IMG/VR virus record: IMGVR_UViG_3300002895_000002 | Coordinates: 149,117 to 213,116 of that record | Direction: 5' to 3' (one strand) | Origin: a virus | Taxonomy: Duplodnaviria; Caudoviricetes | DNA: 64,000 bases | In this document: positions 55,554-63,612 of the stretch, piece by piece | Numbering within the stretch: the stretch's first letter is position 1 | Layout of the letters: every line of letters begins with the position of its first letter | Translations under genes and position numbers: made by a program | Notes under the pieces: model-generated | Told to the model about the DNA's origin: nothing | The model's database searches: none | What the model saw: the letters and a program-made list of their open reading frames with translations, nothing else

Positions 55554-56657
55554 ATGCTCAACGTAGTGGAATACCTCAAGTCCGGCAAGACCTTCGCTGA
55601 TCTCGAAGCAGAGTTCGGCATCAAGTCCAAGCCGCATCCCTCCGAGCCGCTCGTCATTCTCAACTACGACCAGATCGAATCTCCCAAGACTCACCCGATC
55701 GTTCGGGAGTGCCGCGGTCTCGTCCTGCACTCCGAGACATTCGACGTTGTTGCCAAAGGTTTCGACCGCTTCTTCAACGAGGGTGAGGCTTACGAGCTGA
55801 CCAAGGACTTCGACTGGACCCGCCCGGTGGATGTCCGCACCAAGGAAGACGGTTCCTACATCAACCTCTTCAGGTTCGACGAGAAGGTCTTCATCACCAC
55901 CCGTGGTTCCTGGGCTGACGGTGAATGTGGCTTCTCCGGGAAGACCTGGGCCGAGATCGTGCTGGAACTCTTCCCATCTCAGCTCAACCCAGCTGACATC
56001 CCGCCCGGCGTGAACATGATCTTCGAGCTTTGCACCGTGCACAACAAGGTAGTCCGCTCCTACCCTGAGCCGAAACTGGTACTCCTCGGCATCACCATTC
56101 ATGGTGTGGAGATGGATCCGATGGAGGTGGATGCTTTTGCGTTTACTTGGGATATTTCCCGCCCTGAAAAATTCCTGTGTGGATCCATTGAAGCAGTCCA
56201 GGAACTAATCGGCGAGAAATCTGCCAATGATCCTACCTGGGAAGGTCTGGTTCTCCGTGATGCCAACGGGATGCGCCTGAAGGTCAAGTCTGCTACCTAC
56301 GTGGCTCTGCATCACATGAGAGGCGAAGGTGATAACTTGTTCAATCCCAAGTACATCATCCCCTTCATCCTCAAGGGCGAATGTGAAGAGGTTCTCACCT
56401 ACTTCCCGGAGATCGAGGAGAAGCTGAATGAGGTCGGTGAAGCCGTCGGTGCTCTTTGGCTTGAACTCAGCCAATACTTCTCCAAGGTCGGCTCCCAGGG
56501 CATCACCGACCAGAAGGAGTTCGCTCTGGCCGTGAAGGACTGCCGCTTGTCCTCCATCCTCTTCCGTCTGAAAAAGGAGAACCGCCTGACTTTCAAAGAG
56601 CTCGATGCAGAGTTCCGCTCCGACCCGGTGAGGATCCACAAGATTCTCTACCGGTAA
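55554..56657 (+). CDS. rnlA: RNA ligase 1 (T4 RnlA family)
   Basis: LNYDQI, KGFDRFFN, KEDGS, FELC, EGLVL, KVKS..Y. Confidence 0.9.
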   Translation: MLNVVEYLKSGKTFADLEAEFGIKSKPHPSEPLVILNYDQIESPKTHPIVRECRGLVLHSETFDVVAKGFDRFFNEGEAYELTKDFDWTRPVDVRTKEDGSYINLFRFDEKVFITTRGSWADGECGFSGKTWAEIVLELFPSQLNPADIPPGVNMIFELCTVHNKVVRSYPEPKLVLLGITIHGVEMDPMEVDAFAFTWDISRPEKFLCGSIEAVQELIGEKSANDPTWEGLVLRDANGMRLKVKSATYVALHHMRGEGDNLFNPKYIIPFILKGECEEVLTYFPEIEEKLNEVGEAVGALWLELSQYFSKVGSQGITDQKEFALAVKDCRLSSILFRLKKENRLTFKELDAEFRSDPVRIHKILYR

Positions 56658-57264
56658 AAAGTAGTTGACACCAAGGCATCACCGTGTTTTTTTCTTTACA
56701 ATTTTCATAATGATATCGTTTCATATTACCGCAACCGCCAATTTTGCCACAATAAGGGCATTTTATTTTATCGAATGTTTTTCCTTTTGAACTTTCACTG
56801 ATTTTTCGTTTTGTTTCCTCGGATCTAGGTATACCCCTCGGAGTTTTATCTGAAATTATTTTTGCTTTACTAATTTTTCGTTTTGTTTCTTCGGATCTTG
56901 GACCTTTACCACGTCTTATCAGACTCATTTTATTTTTGGTTTCATCTGATAACTTGTAAGATAACTTTATCCAAGCATAGTTTTTAGAAGTATACCAACC
57001 ACAGTTAGCCATTTGACGAAAGGCCCGAGCCATTTTAGGACCTTTGACTTTATGCCCTCTCCATATACGAGCGAGAAGCAAATGAGCAATGAAGTGTTCA
57101 CGATGTGGCAGATGAACAATGTTCCAAGATCCGTTGATGTCTTCTATCCCATCGAGCTTCGCAAATGACTTTGGGATGATATGATGCCCGTTGGTTTGAA
57201 ACTTGACTTTGGAATGATCTTTGTACTTTGAAATGAGCTGATTGTAGATAGACTGGTAATTCAT
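56593..57264 (-). CDS. HNH homing endonuclease (family member 3) with NUMOD3 repeats and a C-terminal Cys/His finger
   Basis: HHIIPK..WNIVHLPHREHFIAHLLLARIW, RSEETKRKIS x2, CPYCGK...YHYENC. Confidence 0.9.
   Translation of the reverse strand: MNYQSIYNQLISKYKDHSKVKFQTNGHHIIPKSFAKLDGIEDINGSWNIVHLPHREHFIAHLLLARIWRGHKVKGPKMARAFRQMANCGWYTSKNYAWIKLSYKLSDETKNKMSLIRRGKGPRSEETKRKISKAKIISDKTPRGIPRSEETKRKISESSKGKTFDKIKCPYCGKIGGCGNMKRYHYENCKEKNTVMPWCQLLFTGRESCGSSPGRSGTLHRAL
56665..56687 (+). promoter_or_regulatory. Orphaned -35 box and spacer, with the -10 box replaced by the HEG 3' end
   Basis: AAAAAGTAG-TTGACA-N17 ending ...TGT like the other promoters, then a T run instead of a -10 box. Confidence 0.55.
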
Positions 57265-57276
57265 GACAGTTCCCTT

Positions 57277-57369
57277 GATAAATAGATGTGACGAGGACAG
57301 CAGGGTTGTTCCCTTCTCTGTTGGTCGTGTGTTCCCGCACCGACCTTACTCGTTCCATTCTTATTTATA
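57277..57369 (+). ncRNA. Putative HEG-associated three-way-junction RNA, copy 3
   Basis: Covarying stems; a G-U pair on the + strand. Confidence 0.75.
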
Positions 57370-57375
57370 ATTTCC

Positions 57376-57404
57376 TTGACATTTTCCATACTTTTTGTTA
57401 CTAT
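57376..57404 (+). promoter_or_regulatory. Sigma70-type early promoter, AT-rich replacement carried at the HEG end
   Basis: TTGACA-N17-TACTAT. Confidence 0.8.
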
Positions 57405-57454
57405 AAAAATAGGAAAGAAGCAGCCGTGAACTGCACGTACCCATTGGAAAAGAA

Positions 57455-57550
57455 ATGAGAACCCTCTTCAACATTATCATTAACTGCTTCCTGGACATCT
57501 TTGAAGATTTCGGGAAGGGCATAATTATCGCGGTCAGCATTTTTCTTTAG
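57455..57550 (+). CDS. 31-aa hydrophobic peptide
   Basis: MRTLFNIIINCFLDIFEDFGKGIIIAVSIFL. Confidence 0.35.
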   Translation: MRTLFNIIINCFLDIFEDFGKGIIIAVSIFL

Positions 57551-57559
57551 GAGGATTCC

Positions 57560-57784
57560 ATGAAGCTCGGTAAACATGCAGTGATTGAACCCATAACCAG
57601 CATTTCCCCGCCAGATGGACCAAACATCCGCTTCACTGATCTTCATGGCGCATCCATAGTGATGACAGTGGCTTCCGTTGCCAGACTCTACAGTGTTATC
57701 GCCATTGAAGCCGAGCGTCGTGGCGAAAATCTCGAGGAGTACCTGGACCGGATGGTTGCTGTCGAAGAAGCCAATTTTCTCTGA
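57560..57784 (+). CDS. Hypothetical protein
   Basis: AGGAGG RBS. Confidence 0.55.
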   Translation: MKLGKHAVIEPITSISPPDGPNIRFTDLHGASIVMTVASVARLYSVIAIEAERRGENLEEYLDRMVAVEEANFL

Positions 57785-57794
57785 GGAGAAACTA

Positions 57795-57935
57795 ATGAAC
57801 ATCACTCTCATCCTGTTGCTCATCTGCCCGTTCCTCATCCCATGTTCGATGGACCGAGCAATGAAGATAGCAGAAGATACCCTCGACAAATTTATTGTGA
57901 TTGATGATCGAACTGGCGGGAAATATGGCAACTGA
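57795..57935 (+). CDS. Small hypothetical protein with hydrophobic N-terminus
   Basis: GAGGAG RBS. Confidence 0.45.
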   Translation: MNITLILLLICPFLIPCSMDRAMKIAEDTLDKFIVIDDRTGGKYGN

Positions 57936-57943
57936 AGGGAACT

Positions 57944-58216
57944 ATGTCAAGCGAGAATGGCTCAACGGGGATATGTCATATTCCACCAGTTCGGTGGTTT
58001 CATACCACGGCAAAAGCAAACGACCCATATATGGACTTTGATGATGAGCCAACCGAGCAGTATGTGATGTGGCTTGAGATTGCCGACTGTAAAGACAAGG
58101 TCAAGCTTCACCGGGCATACAAAGACACACCTGAAGAGTTCATCGAGAAGATGAAGAAGCTTCGGATGCATATTGATGATTTCATAACATTCCTGGAGGA
58201 AGAACATGGCTACTAA
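57944..58216 (+). CDS. Hypothetical protein
   Basis: WLEIADCKDKVKLH motif; coupled. Confidence 0.55.
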   Translation: MSSENGSTGICHIPPVRWFHTTAKANDPYMDFDDEPTEQYVMWLEIADCKDKVKLHRAYKDTPEEFIEKMKKLRMHIDDFITFLEEEHGY

Positions 58217-59473
58217 GAAAGAGAACTTCAGCATCAAGATCCCAAGGATATGTGGAGAGTGGTCAAACCGTCAATGCGTGACGTGAATGAAGGTTATCCC
58301 CTGGCGTTCCTTACTCCCGACGGTACCGACAAGGCTGCTGAGAAAAGGAAAGAGACCGGTATTCACTGGGCTCTGGAACACAGCGAAAGTTATGACAAGG
58401 ACATCTCTGAAAGAACCGAATCATTCCCCAACCTACCGCGGGACGGCTTCCGGATAGCCAAGGCTGTCAAGCGGACCGGATGGAACGGCGGGAATGTCGT
58501 CTGGCGGATAGAGGACCCATACGGTTTCACGGTGGAAATCCAGTCAGGGAACCTCCAGAACATCCTGGAGAGCTGCACTGTAGATAAGGGTCTCATCTTC
58601 GGCAAGTGTGTATGGGCTCGTGACGGAGCTTCCAACATTCTGCTTCCGATGGACACCGAGGAATATCGGCAGGCCATACGGAACACCGAAAACCTCAAGG
58701 TGTCATTCAATCCGGATGATGTTCCGCTTGGCAGCACAGTGAAGCTCCGCAATGGCAAGAACATGATATGGCTCGGCCAGTTCTTCATCCATCAGCTGAG
58801 ACTCGACGAGATGATTCTTGACCCTGAGAATAATCACCAGGTGAGATATCTTGACCCGTTTGTCAAGTGCTCAGACAAGGCCAAGTTCTGCTTCTATGAT
58901 CCGAATGAAAAGTTTGAGTGGAGAGGAAAGACCCAGAACATCTATGCCTACTCCAAGTTCGACATCATCGAAGTGGTAGACACGTCATGCCTGATGACAG
59001 TGAACACCGTGATCGCCAACAAGATGCTCACCGACTGTCGTGTGTATACAGGGAAGGACCTTCTGTGGAACACCGTGGCACTTACCCGGTACAAGACCGA
59101 CCTGGAGTGGAGGTTCGAGACCGAGGAAGTTCCCAAAGACAAGTGGCCCGTGGTTGATCATGTTGCCAAAATCACCTCCAGAAAGATGATCGCCAAGTAT
59201 CAGTGGGTGTTCTATGAATATTCGTCTTTCACCTCCAGGTGGAGTCATATGGCATCCACCGTCAACTTCAACGAGCTCGAGGAGTTCTCTGATAAAAAGT
59301 TCAAAATCAAGAGAGTTCCCGTACAACAACGTGGCATCTATGCAAGAGAGCCGTACTTGCAGAAAGTGACATATAACCATTCCATGATTCCTGGTAATGA
59401 GTTCACCGGTCAGTTCTACTACCTAAACATCTTCTTTCCGCAGCTCAACATCACTGCACAGATATCCGAATAA
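58206..59473 (+). CDS. Conserved phage hypothetical protein, frameshifted at the C3 run 58241-58243
   Basis: GGAGG RBS plus ATG at 58206; WRIEDPYGFTVEI..GNL..IL...TV.KG.I.G.CVWAR. Confidence 0.7.
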
Positions 59474-59478
59474 AAATA

Positions 59479-59507
59479 TTGACACCAGCCAACCATGATG
59501 TTATAAT
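59479..59507 (+). promoter_or_regulatory. Consensus sigma70 promoter
   Basis: TTGACA-N17-TATAAT. Confidence 0.9.
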
Positions 59508-59517
59508 AGAAACATCA

Positions 59518-59580
59518 ATGGAGGAACGAATAAAGAAAGTGTACATGGGCATAGGCATTCCGGGAAGCGAATTTTTATGA
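59518..59580 (+). pseudogene. Orphaned original 5' end of the kinase gene
   Basis: Reads ...IKKVYMGIGIPGS then EFL*, matching MNKKIFISIGVPGSGKS at 60575. Confidence 0.75.
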
Positions 59581-59612
59581 AAAAATATAAATAGCTATGG
59601 AGGAATAAATCC

Positions 59613-60578
59613 ATGGCATGTATAAAGTGTAGAAGTGAAGAGAAATCAGGCAAACAAGGTGACCGGCGTTGTCCAAATTGTGGTTATCGCCCATCACCAT
59701 ATGAATGTAATATTGAAAAATATGGCAAAGAAGAAGCAGATAGATTATTAGAAATAACAAAAGAAAAAATGAGAAACAGAAAACCAACAATGAAAGGAAA
59801 AACAGTTTACCAATGTTGGTTAGAAAAATATGGCAAAGAAGAAGCAGATAGATTATTATCACAAATGAAAAACAAACAATCAGAAAGAAGACAAGGAGAA
59901 AATAACCCATTCTTTGGAAAAAAACAAGATAAAGAAAAATTAAAAAAAGCACAAGCAAATAGAAAAAAAGAATCATATCAAACCGAAGATTTCAAAAATA
60001 AATGCAAAAGACTCGGTTCATCAAATGGGATGTTTGGAAAAACAGTTTTAGAATGTATGGAAGCAAAATATGGTATAGAGGAAGCAAAAAAAAGATGGAC
60101 AGAACAAAATAAGAAAAAAGCAAGATATGGTTCAGATAACGGACAATTCGGAAAACCAGCGCCTATGGGATCCGGAAACGGTTGGTCTGGATGGTTTTCT
60201 GGTTTTTACTTTCGTTCATTGCTTGAATTGTCCTTTATTGTTCAAAGTATCAAAAATGGTATAGAAATAAAATCAGCTGAATCAAACGATTATCGAATCG
60301 AATATTATGATAAAAATGGTAAAAAAAGAAATTATTTTCCGGACTATGTAATAAATGACGTAATATACGAAATCAAACCATATTCATTATTGAATACGGG
60401 TGATAATAAACCAAAATTTGATGCGGCTAAAGAAAAATTTGGACCAGAAAAATTTATCATTCTTACTGAAAAAGAAATTGACAAACTACCCGATGATGTA
60501 ATAAAATTGATGTATATAAACGGCGAAATAAAATTTACCGAACGGTATAATAAAAAATTCAAAGAAAGATACTTGTGA
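59613..60578 (+). CDS. Free-standing homing endonuclease, PD-(D/E)xK TnsA-like
   Basis: YFRSLLE...NYFPDYVINDVIYEIKP; repeated LEKYGKEEA modules; late promoter TATAAATA at 59586-59593. Confidence 0.85.
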   Translation: MACIKCRSEEKSGKQGDRRCPNCGYRPSPYECNIEKYGKEEADRLLEITKEKMRNRKPTMKGKTVYQCWLEKYGKEEADRLLSQMKNKQSERRQGENNPFFGKKQDKEKLKKAQANRKKESYQTEDFKNKCKRLGSSNGMFGKTVLECMEAKYGIEEAKKRWTEQNKKKARYGSDNGQFGKPAPMGSGNGWSGWFSGFYFRSLLELSFIVQSIKNGIEIKSAESNDYRIEYYDKNGKKRNYFPDYVINDVIYEIKPYSLLNTGDNKPKFDAAKEKFGPEKFIILTEKEIDKLPDDVIKLMYINGEIKFTERYNKKFKERYL

Positions 60579-61039
60579 ATAAGAAAATTTTTATTTCTAT
60601 TGGTGTTCCGGGTTCAGGCAAGTCCACCGCTCTCGCTGAGATCTGTCGGAACCGCACATACCGCTACGTGTCTGCTGATGAGGTTCGCCTTCTCGTCAAC
60701 GGTTCAGTGGAGTCTCAGGCCAACCCCAGTAAGGTATGGGGTATCGTCTTCGAGCTCTTCACCAAGGCCCTCGAGGACCCGACCTGTGACACCATCGTGG
60801 TCGATAACACTAACATTACCTTCGACAACCGAAAGAAGTTCTATGACGTTGCCAAACTATATGCCAAGCAAGTAGAGTTCGTCCTGGTTTGGGTTGATGT
60901 TCCAGTTGAGGTTGCAATACGTCGGAATGCCGGCCGTAGCCGCAAGGTACCTGAGCACGTCATCCGTGGCATGGCAGAACGGCTCCAACCGCCTACCGTG
61001 GATGAGAGAAATGCTTTCGAGGTCATTGTGGTGAGATGA
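60575..61039 (+). CDS. P-loop polynucleotide kinase (AAA_33, PseT kinase-domain-like)
   Basis: IGVPGSGKST, VSADEVR, VVDNTN...RKKF, RRNAGR.RKVPE.VI. Confidence 0.85.
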   Translation: MNKKIFISIGVPGSGKSTALAEICRNRTYRYVSADEVRLLVNGSVESQANPSKVWGIVFELFTKALEDPTCDTIVVDNTNITFDNRKKFYDVAKLYAKQVEFVLVWVDVPVEVAIRRNAGRSRKVPEHVIRGMAERLQPPTVDERNAFEVIVVR

Positions 61040-61377
61040 GAGCAATCATCCCGAAGAAGAACTTCAGAGCACTATTCATAGAGGCAATCGAATACTGTGA
61101 CAGGTGCTGGATTGATATGTTGGACTGCAAGACGTCATGGCGGAGATTGCCGTCCGATAAGTCCATTGATGATGTACTGGAGATGTGCGAGAATGGCAAG
61201 CCGATTCTTACATGTATCTATCGAGTCGGACGGCTTGAAGGTGCGGAGGATTTCTATGAGTTCTGCGCATCCACCATGCGCGCTAACGAACCAGATTACT
61301 ACCTCTGGGTATTGGTAAAACCAGAATATGCCCGGAAGCTCAGCCTGAAGTATGGCTTGAAAATGAAGGAATACTGA
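61036..61377 (+). CDS. Hypothetical protein
   Basis: ATGA coupling to the previous gene. Confidence 0.6.
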   Translation: MRAIIPKKNFRALFIEAIEYCDRCWIDMLDCKTSWRRLPSDKSIDDVLEMCENGKPILTCIYRVGRLEGAEDFYEFCASTMRANEPDYYLWVLVKPEYARKLSLKYGLKMKEY

Positions 61378-61391
61378 TATATACGGAGACA

Positions 61392-61643
61392 ATGAAGATC
61401 ACCGAGGAAAAAGAGACCATCGTCCGTTATGTCACCGCTTACAAGTGCTCGGTCTGTAAGAAAGAGTACACTGACATCATGGAGCTCCAGGAGTTCTCCA
61501 CAATAGAGTTCGAGGGCGGGTATGCCTCGGTGTTCGGAGATGGTGCTGTCGGCCGCCTGGACATCTGCCAGCACTGCTTGAAGGAACGGTTGGGTGAGTT
61601 CGTGGAGTGGCAAGAGTACGACGAGAATGGAGATCCGGTATGA
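61392..61643 (+). CDS. Small zinc-finger protein
   Basis: CSVC...DICQHC. Confidence 0.6.
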   Translation: MKITEEKETIVRYVTAYKCSVCKKEYTDIMELQEFSTIEFEGGYASVFGDGAVGRLDICQHCLKERLGEFVEWQEYDENGDPV

Positions 61644-61921
61644 GCAAGATACTGACGATCACCGCCAGTGAAAAACGGTTCTATGAGCTGAAAGATGCTT
61701 TCAGGGGAATGGAGTGAATACTTTTCCAAGCCAAAGACCAAATTCCAACCATCGTGCAGAATGACAAGGAGGTGTCGACTGATGATCTGGTGGAGTTCAT
61801 CAATAATTACCAACAGACCCGGAATAAACTCAGGGATGAGTTTGAAGCCATGATGGCTGCACTCGACACATCGTACAAGCGGATCATCCTAGAGATCAAG
61901 AAGGAGAATGATATGCTATGA
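61640..61921 (+). pseudogene. Hypothetical gene interrupted by an in-frame TGA at 61715
   Basis: The same frame continues with phage codon usage to the stop at 61921. Confidence 0.4.
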
Positions 61922-62235
61922 TAATGTATGCAGTCACCACTATTGACATCAGGAATGGGAAGGCACCTACATCAGCATGTTGTTGCGTCGGGATTTTCAA
62001 GGATCTGGAAGATGCCGAAGACGTGGTCCTGAATAACAGGGCAGACATTGCTGAAGGCGAAACCAATGAGTTCGTCGTGATCGAGGAAGTGGAAGTCGGT
62101 ATGGTATACCCGCTCTGCATGACCCGCTATTGGTACAAGTATGATCCTGATCCGTCTAACGAAGACGAAGGTCTGTACTGGCGGACAGAAGAACCGGAGT
62201 GGGCAAGCGGGATCGTGAACTGGGGAATAGGGTAA
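61918..62235 (+). CDS. Hypothetical protein
   Basis: AAGGAG RBS; DIAEGETNEFVVIEEVEVG motif. Confidence 0.6.
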   Translation: MIMYAVTTIDIRNGKAPTSACCCVGIFKDLEDAEDVVLNNRADIAEGETNEFVVIEEVEVGMVYPLCMTRYWYKYDPDPSNEDEGLYWRTEEPEWASGIVNWGIG

Positions 62236-62245
62236 AGGAGACATC

Positions 62246-62492
62246 ATGGCAACCAAGCGTTTTTTGTGACTGCTGTGGAAGAGAAGTAGGGTTTCGGCAG
62301 TTCACTGAGTTCTCCATCAAGAAACACATCGATCAGATCGGTGTCAAGGAGATATTCGGTGGTTTTGTCGATAGTGCCGGCAACCCGGTGTCTGATGCAT
62401 CTGTTTCATATGACCTCTGTAATGCCTGCTATAATAGCGTAGCAATGGCTGCCATGGAAATATTCAAGGATCACATGCATGAGAATCACTGA
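62246..62492 (+). CDS. Small zinc-finger protein, frameshifted at the T6 run 62260-62265
   Basis: AAGGAG plus ATG at 62246; FCDCCG...DLCNAC. Confidence 0.5.
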
Positions 62493-62655
62493 GGAAACTC
62501 ACGAGATAATGGAGAAATATGGATGGACTATAATCCGTGGGTCTCCATTGGAAATCGAGCACCCCGATGGTTCTTTCGCGACGATGATGGTAGCAGAGGT
62601 GTTCATCAATGCAACAGTTGCCGCCGAGCTCAGAAAGAGGAAAAAGAAAAAATGA
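62479..62655 (+). CDS. Small hypothetical protein (58 aa)
   Basis: MRITEETHEIMEKYGW..SPLEIEHPDGSFAT; stop overlaps the ATG at 62652. Confidence 0.55.
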   Translation: MRITEETHEIMEKYGWTIIRGSPLEIEHPDGSFATMMVAEVFINATVAAELRKRKKKK

Positions 62656-62783
62656 GAAAATTAGCGAGTGTAAAAATAATCAAGGAACTCCTCCCCATCG
62701 AGGGAGCCGACCGAATCGAGGTAGCCAAACTCGAAGGCATCATGTGGCAGTGCGTGGGATTGAGGTGGTGTGTGAACATATGA
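62652..62783 (+). pseudogene. Orphaned original 5' end of the RNA ligase gene
   Basis: MRKLASVKIIKELLPIEGADRIEVAKLEGIMWQCV then an unrelated tail and stop; ATGA-coupled to the upstream gene. Confidence 0.85.
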
Positions 62784-62791
62784 CAAACTAT

Positions 62792-62829
62792 AGTTCTTTT
62801 ATAAATATAAAATAAATTATAAAGGAACT
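62792..62829 (+). promoter_or_regulatory. RBS-sequestering hairpin containing late promoter TATAAATA (62800-62807)
   Basis: AGTTCTTTTATAA / TTATAAAGGAACT, 13-bp stem covering AAAGGA. Confidence 0.75.
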
Positions 62830-62832
62830 GTC

Positions 62833-63612
62833 ATGAACTACCAGTCTATCTATGATCGGCTTATTGCCAAGTTCAAAGATCATCCAAAAGTCAAGTGTCA
62901 AACCAACGATCATCATATCATCCCAAAATGTTTCAAAAAGATTGATGACATCGAAGACATTGATGGACAATGGAACAGAGTGCATTTACCTCATCGTGAA
63001 CACTTCATTGCTCATTTGCTTCTTGCCCGTATATGGCGGGGACATAGAGCCAAAGGACCGATGATGGCGAAAGCATTCAACCGTATGTCTAACTGCGGAT
63101 GGTATACATCCAAAGATTATGAATGGATAAAGTCTTCATTAAATTATTCCCATTCTGAAGAAACCAAACAAAAACTTTCTGAAATCAACATTGGAAAGAA
63201 AATGTCAAAAGAATCATGTCAAAAAATGTCAGATTCAAGAAAAGGAAAACCAATACCCAAATTGGTAGGCAGAAAAAGTTCAGTTGAAAAGATACAAAAA
63301 CAAAAAGATTGGTATGCTTCATTATCAGATGATGAAAAACAAATAATGAATCAAAAAAAGAAAGATTGGTATAATTCATTATCTCAAGAAGAAAAACAGG
63401 TAATAAGTGAAAAGATAAGCAAGAGGAATAAACGTCCAAAAACAGAAAAGGAAAAACAGGCAACAAGAGAAGCAATAACAAAATATTGGGCCGAAAATAA
63501 ACACAAAGATCCTCGTGTTGGCAAACCTAGAAGCAAAGAAACTATTGAAAAAATAAAAGAAACAAAAAGGAGAAAACGACTTGAGAAAATTAGCGACAGT
63601 AAGAATAATTAA
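62833..63612 (+). CDS. HNH homing endonuclease (family member 4)
   Basis: DHHIIPK..WNRVHLPHREHFIAHLLLARIW, HSEETKQKLS. Confidence 0.9.
   Translation: MNYQSIYDRLIAKFKDHPKVKCQTNDHHIIPKCFKKIDDIEDIDGQWNRVHLPHREHFIAHLLLARIWRGHRAKGPMMAKAFNRMSNCGWYTSKDYEWIKSSLNYSHSEETKQKLSEINIGKKMSKESCQKMSDSRKGKPIPKLVGRKSSVEKIQKQKDWYASLSDDEKQIMNQKKKDWYNSLSQEEKQVISEKISKRNKRPKTEKEKQATREAITKYWAENKHKDPRVGKPRSKETIEKIKETKRRKRLEKISDSKNN

Noticed and set aside
56593-56690. C-terminal extension of the HNH gene overlapping rnlA antisense as a functional domain
   Set aside because: Similarity to paralogs ends at the Cys/His finger; the tail is read-through into flanking promoter DNA across a T7 run.
32769-57369. The three repeats as a CRISPR or other guide array
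   Set aside because: The copies are single, more than 10 kb apart, conserved in structure rather than sequence, and have no repeat-spacer periodicity.
61715-61717. In-frame TGA as selenocysteine or genetic-code reassignment
   Set aside because: Many other genes end in TGA with coupled downstream starts, there is no obvious SECIS-like hairpin or redox motif, and it is a single case. A nonsense mutation or error is more likely.
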